Positions 53,774-57,534 of a stretch of 57,534 bases of DNA are shown here, in pieces (position 1 is the stretch's first letter; the number at the start of each line of letters is the position of its first letter). Source of the stretch: Patescibacteria group bacterium (lineage in GTDB: Bacteria > Patescibacteriota > Minisyncoccia > Phycocordibacterales > Phycocordibacteraceae); the NCBI GenBank assembly GCA_040384705.1, contig JAZKIU010000002.1, positions 1 through 57,534 of the forward strand, given 5' to 3'. The position numbers and the translations under genes are program-made. The notes under the pieces are model-generated. The model made no database searches. It was not told the origin of the DNA and saw nothing but the letters and a program-made list of their open reading frames with translations.

Positions 53774-53805
53774 CCAAACAAAAGGAGAGGGCCGAAACCC
53801 TCTCC
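53774..53805 (-). terminator. Rho-independent terminator after the VanX-like gene
   Basis: The minus strand reads GGAGAGGG-tttcgg-CCCTCTCC followed by TTTTGTTTGG. Confidence 0.8.
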
Positions 53806-53809
53806 CTCG

Positions 53810-54601
53810 TTATGCTGGCAGGACTGCTGAGTAGTACGCCGCCACATCGGTCTTGGTCTTGAACGACGTCAGCTTCGCCCACATCTGGTCGCCGATCGAG
53901 TAGTGCCACCACTCGGTCGGGTTATTCACGAACCCCGCCTCGCTCATGAGCCAATACAGCAGTCGCCTGTTCCTCATCCCCTCCTCTTCCGAGAAAGAAG
54001 ATTGATTCTTCTCCAGGTAGTCGGTGTGCGCGGGCGCCGAGACATCGTCGAAGATCGTTCCCATCCAGAGCTGTTCTCCTCCTATCTTCCGAACGGTCAC
54101 GTCGAGCGCAGCACCGGTCGCGTGCGGCGGCGGCGAGTTCGGATCTATCTCCGCTTGGGTGCGTGCGCCCCTTGCCCAATACCGTTCCACCTCCTTCGTC
54201 ACCTCGTCTTCTGTCCACGCGGGATGCTGCTGCCGGATACGCTCAGGGAACCACACGTCGTGGAAATGGTTCTGGATGGCGAGCGGCCGCCACGCATCGA
54301 ACACGAATAGCTGGAGATCGGCCGTAGCGAGCCGGGTATTCACCGGCACGAGTGCCTCGACGACGCTCTGCCGCAGGAAGAGTTCAGGCACCGCGCCCGG
54401 GATGCGCTGATAGTAAGGAGCGGCATCGGTGCGGTAGTAGTGGTTCTCCCCCGCGATGCCTGCGTTCCGGATGTCGATACATGGTTCATGCGACGCAGCG
54501 GAAGGCACGAGCGACCACTGCCGATAGCCGAGCTTCGCCTCTCGAGTGGCTTCAAGGTCCGGAATAGGCCGGTCCCTATATTCTTCAAGCGCTTTGAACA
54601 C
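53810..54601 (-). CDS. D-Ala-D-Ala dipeptidase (VanX/DdpX, peptidase M15D-like)
   Basis: ...PPPHATGAALDVTV... and ...NPTEWWHYSIGD... follow the VanX-type metal-ligand pattern. The start is GTG at 54601, with AAGGAA 8 nt upstream. Confidence 0.75.
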   Translation of the reverse strand: MFKALEEYRDRPIPDLEATREAKLGYRQWSLVPSAASHEPCIDIRNAGIAGENHYYRTDAAPYYQRIPGAVPELFLRQSVVEALVPVNTRLATADLQLFVFDAWRPLAIQNHFHDVWFPERIRQQHPAWTEDEVTKEVERYWARGARTQAEIDPNSPPPHATGAALDVTVRKIGGEQLWMGTIFDDVSAPAHTDYLEKNQSSFSEEEGMRNRRLLYWLMSEAGFVNNPTEWWHYSIGDQMWAKLTSFKTKTDVAAYYSAVLPA

Positions 54602-54665
54602 GGCGTTGTTCCTTATGGGTTGGACTCCGGAAGGACTATACCCGGCTTGCGTAGAATGCGGAAGC

Positions 54666-55211
54666 CTAGCTCGCGCACGGGATCTTCGTCACGGTATCTA
54701 CCGCTTCGAGGTACCGCATGCTTATCGGAACCCGTATGAGCTGGTACGGCTGCGTGAGCGCATCGGTGACGGTGCAGCCGGCTCCTGGTTCCATCTGGCT
54801 TATGGAAACGGTACGGGTATCGCCCGCGTCCGTTACCTTCGTTACCTCGATGACGTGACCGCCGGATGACTTGGTGCCCGCGAAGACGCCGATGACGTAT
54901 TCCTTCGAGAAGTCGATGGACGGTACCGCCATCTTGTCGTCGCCATGCGCGAGCTTCCATACGCGCAGGAACGATTCCTGGTCGCGGGCGGCATAGTTCT
55001 TACGCTCCGCCATATCGCTCGCGTTAGCTCCGCTATCAAGAACGGAGAACGTGACATCGGTCTCGATATCGGGCGCGCTCGGTACACTCGCTACCTGGTT
55101 CTCGAACGAGGTCGGGGTGCCAGTCGCGCTGTCCGGCGCATAGAAATAGAAGTAAGCACCGAGGACTATGGCGACGACGCACAGAGCGAGGACGACGAGC
55201 GTATTTCTCAT
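54666..55211 (-). CDS. PrcB_C-domain (protease-complex subunit PrcB-like) membrane-anchored protein
   Basis: MRNTLVVLALCVVAIVLGAYFYF is the signal anchor. SSGGHVIEV and PYQLIRVP motifs are present. The track N-terminal extension to 55502 overlaps the upstream gene and its terminator. Confidence 0.7.
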   Translation of the reverse strand: MRNTLVVLALCVVAIVLGAYFYFYAPDSATGTPTSFENQVASVPSAPDIETDVTFSVLDSGANASDMAERKNYAARDQESFLRVWKLAHGDDKMAVPSIDFSKEYVIGVFAGTKSSGGHVIEVTKVTDAGDTRTVSISQMEPGAGCTVTDALTQPYQLIRVPISMRYLEAVDTVTKIPCAS

Positions 55212-55217
55212 ACGGAA

Positions 55218-55223
55218 AGTATA
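55218..55223 (-). promoter_or_regulatory. -10 box TATACT, 6 nt upstream of the ATG at 55211 (leaderless-type)
   Basis: The minus strand reads GCGGTATACTTTCCGT-ATG, directly downstream of a terminator. Confidence 0.55.
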
Positions 55224-55260
55224 CCGCTGCCGGGCGGATGAAGGGACGCGGGTGGGTATA

Positions 55261-55291
55261 GGAAAAGCGCGCGACCCGGAGGCCGCGCGCT
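55261..55291 (-). terminator. Rho-independent terminator after 55300..55914
   Basis: The minus strand reads AGCGCGCG-gcctccgggt-CGCGCGCT followed by TTTTCC. Confidence 0.75.
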
Positions 55292-55299
55292 TAACCGCG

Positions 55300-55914
55300 T
55301 TAGAGCGGCGTTGTGAGCGTACGCAACGCGCACCACGAACCCATGAGCGGTCGTTCGCTCCTGAAGTAGAGGTCTCGCGCACGTCGATATATGTCGAGCC
55401 TCCGCAGGCTATCCCGGATGTGTCGAGCGTCGCGCACCGCCCGATTGATGCAGAACCACCCGAACTGCCGGATGGATTCCTCTCCTGACCGCAATGCGAC
55501 ATCGGCGCACGTTAGCTCGAGAGACTGACGCACGGATTCGCATACGGGTTCGAGGATGGCGCGATCGAGGCCGCAGCGAGCGGCTTCAAGCGCCTGCTCC
55601 CGCAAGAGGTTGCCGGTAGGTTCTCCCGGAAACCAGGTGCCGTACCACAGAAGAAGAGCGGAGACGGCCTCCAACTCCTCGGGATTACCTCCCTGCATGG
55701 CGACGGCTGCCGCCTCCTGGATGTCCGGCATCAGGCGGAGCAGTTCCGCCGTGACGTTCACGTAGTCGCGCGCGTCGTAGTAGACCTTTGCGACCTTGAG
55801 CACATTCTCGGTGGAACGGTCCCTCATAAAGCTCATGCGAGCGTTATCGACATTTCGGGCGTAATCCTCCACTCGGGGGAGCCGCGCGATTACGCGGGGG
55901 CTTGCGAACGACAT
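55300..55914 (-). CDS. Hypothetical alpha-helical protein (204 aa)
   Basis: The ATG at 55914 is preceded by a perfect AAAGGAGGTGAT Shine-Dalgarno (GGAGG at 55923..55927, 8-nt spacing). The track start at 55923 is a GTG inside that Shine-Dalgarno. Confidence 0.7.
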   Translation of the reverse strand: MSFASPRVIARLPRVEDYARNVDNARMSFMRDRSTENVLKVAKVYYDARDYVNVTAELLRLMPDIQEAAAVAMQGGNPEELEAVSALLLWYGTWFPGEPTGNLLREQALEAARCGLDRAILEPVCESVRQSLELTCADVALRSGEESIRQFGWFCINRAVRDARHIRDSLRRLDIYRRARDLYFRSERPLMGSWCALRTLTTPL

Positions 55915-55975
55915 GTTAATCACCTCCTTTCAGGTGCAGTTGTCTGTCCGCACTATGCTATGAAAACTATATTAG

Positions 55976-56048
55976 TGCAAGCGGAAGGATTCGAACCTTC
56001 GACCGCTCGAGTATCAGTCGAGTGCTCTACCAACTGAGCTACGCTTGC
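55976..56048 (-). tRNA. tRNA-Ile (anticodon GAT)
   Basis: The minus strand reads GCAAGCGTAGCTCAGTTGGTAGAGCACTCGACTGATACTCGAGCGGTCGAAGGTTCGAATCCTTCCGCTTGCA. It has a 7-bp acceptor stem, anticodon loop CTGATAC and a TTCGAAT T-loop. CCA is not encoded. Confidence 0.93.
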
Positions 56049-56263
56049 GAACCTCCGGATACTATCAGAAATCCCCACCCCATTCCAGTTCCCTCCGGTT
56101 TCTTCGATATACTGCACGTAAGGATGGTACATCGCGGAACAACCCGTGAAGCCAAAGGCCTCAACCAAGCGAGGCAGTCTACCATTGAGGAAAAGCAGAG
56201 ACGTCACCGTAATAAGCTCCGTATCTGGAGGAGAGCGGTGAAGCGCCTTGCGCTCGCGCCCGC

Positions 56264-56314
56264 ATAAAAGTACAGGGCGGACGACTCTCCGAGGAGAATC
56301 GTCCGCCCTGTACT
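56264..56314 (-). terminator. Long hairpin (16-bp outer stem) plus T-run between the 16S and tRNA-Ile; terminator-like or processing stem
   Basis: The minus strand reads AGTACAGGGCGGACGA-ttctcctcggagag-TCGTCCGCCCTGTACT followed by TTTAT (the hairpin's terminal T plus this tract read TTTTAT). Confidence 0.55.
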
Positions 56315-56513
56315 CTAGTGTGTATCTAAGAAATCTCGCCCTCTTGTGTTCCGCCTATTCAAGCTCGTGAAAGCGTCAATTGAGCGCTTCCACTTACTAC
56401 CGGTGCGTTTTTCCGGCGTCCGAGTGCCTGTTTAAGGACAGAGCACCATCTCCTCAACAATCCGAAGATTGTCGATCGACCGGATGAGCGTGATTCCTCA
56501 CGACTCTGTTCCG

Positions 56514-57534
56514 ATTGGATATGTTCCACGACCAGCTTCCGCTAGCCGTGCCTTGTTACGACTTACTCCCTGTCACTGAATTTACCGTAGTCCTGCGTAA
56601 AGCAAGATTTCGGGTACCCCCAGCTTCCTTGAGTTGACGGGCGGTGAGTACAAGACTCGAGAACGTATTCACCCTGGTATGGCTGACCCAGGATTACTAG
56701 CGATTCCATCTTCACGAGGTCGGTTGCAGACCTCGATCCGTACTGGGGTCGGTTTTGGGGATTTGCTCCACCTTACGGTATTGCGTCCTTCTGTACCGAC
56801 CATTGTATCACGTGTGCAGCCCCAGGCATCAAGGGACATGCTGATTTGGCGTCATCCACACCTTCCTCCCCCGTGAGGGGGCAGTCTCGCCTGACATATA
56901 TAACAGACAACGTGGGTTGCGTTCGTTACCCCACTGAAGGGAACAGCTCAAGCCACGAACTGACGACAACCATGCATCACCTGCCAAACACCCTCGAAGG
57001 CTTCCTCCGTTTCTGGAGGCGTGCAGTTTGGTTTCTAGCCTGGGTAAGGTTCTTCGCTTACCGACGAATTAAGCCACATGATCCACCGCTTGTGCGAGTC
57101 CCCGTCTATTCCTTTGAGTTTTAATCTTGCGATCGTACTACCCAGGCGGCTCGCTTACCGCGTTAGCTTAGTCCCGCAGAGGGTCGATACTCCGCAGAAC
57201 GAGCGAGCAACGTTTAGGGCCAGGACTACTGGGGTATCTAATCCCATTCGCTACCCTGGCTTTCGTGTGTGAGCGTCAGATTCGGGCCAGTGCACTGCCT
57301 TCGCCTTTGGTGTTCCCCACGATATCAACGGATTTCACCCCTACACCGTGAGTTCCATGCACCTCTCCCGACCTCAAGTCATGCCGTTTCTCCCGCGGGC
57401 CAGAAGTTGAGCTCCTGGATTTTACGGAAGACTAACATGACCGCCTTGACACCCTTTACGCCCAATGATTCCGGATAACGCTTGGGGCCTCTGTATTACC
57501 GCTCCTGCTGGCACAGAGTTAGGAGCCCCTTATT
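56514..57534 (-). rRNA. 16S rRNA, 3' ~1,020 nt (5' part beyond the window)
   Basis: The reverse complement contains GTGCCAGCAGGAGCGGTAATACAG (57491..57514, a variant of the 515 region). It also contains GGATTAGATACCCCAGTAGTCC (57223..57244) and AAGTCGTAACAAGG (56551..56564). Helix 45 is CACGGCTAGC-GGAA-GCTGGTCGTG. The 3' end was estimated by alignment to the E. coli tail. Confidence 0.9.

Noticed and set aside
55953-56267. Track ORFs 55953..56207 (-) and 56022..56267 (+).
   Set aside because: They overlap tRNA-Ile and the rRNA spacer and have no start context or protein-like features.
56634-57478. Four plus-strand ORFs of 64-92 aa.
   Set aside because: They lie inside the 16S rRNA gene, on the opposite strand.

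Overview
GC-rich (by eye about 55-60%), tightly packed bacterial chromosomal window, mostly transcribed on the minus strand. The divergent 16S sequence and gene content suggest a Patescibacteria/CPR-like organism; this is inference only.

Layout:
- 1-10727: the 5' 10.7 kb of one giant minus-strand gene that is absent from the ORF track because it has no stop inside the window. It encodes an N-terminal HTH, one TM helix and a fibre-like repetitive protein of more than 3,400 aa. It contains near-identical in-frame DNA repeats.
- 11167-12141: a small paralogue with the same HTH plus a TM helix.
- 12268-18757: housekeeping genes gatB, obg, secA and murB, plus an untracked 45-aa lysine-rich protein.
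- 18757-46695: a ~28 kb glycan/envelope biosynthesis island. It holds a Wzy_C-TPR protein, an FkbM methyltransferase, a YdjC::GtrA fusion, a GT2, a GT-C-like membrane protein, a flippase and a TylF methyltransferase.
- The same island holds a phosphatase / PHI / Rpe / nucleotidyltransferase-kinase / nucleotidyltransferase operon, a dehydrogenase + nucleotidyltransferase + TagF-like operon, five GT4 genes, an epimerase, two Nudix genes and a UGDH-like gene.
- 46823-50319: a soluble T4SS-coupling-protein-like ATPase and three hypothetical genes.
- 50432-55914: rsmI, murC, murD, a VanX-like dipeptidase, a PrcB-like protein and a hypothetical protein.
- 55976-57534: tRNA-Ile(GAT) and the 3' ~1 kb of a 16S rRNA gene (minus strand).

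Recurrent sequence-level patterns:
- -10 boxes (mostly TATACT, often TGC-extended) sit only 5-9 nt upstream of operon-leading ATGs, which suggests leaderless mRNAs.
- Eight ATGA stop/start overlaps.
- Clean rho-independent terminators.
- A 16S 3' tail that lacks the canonical CCUCC.

No CRISPR array, integrase or transposase was seen. All calls come from reading translations and motifs by eye; no database search was possible.
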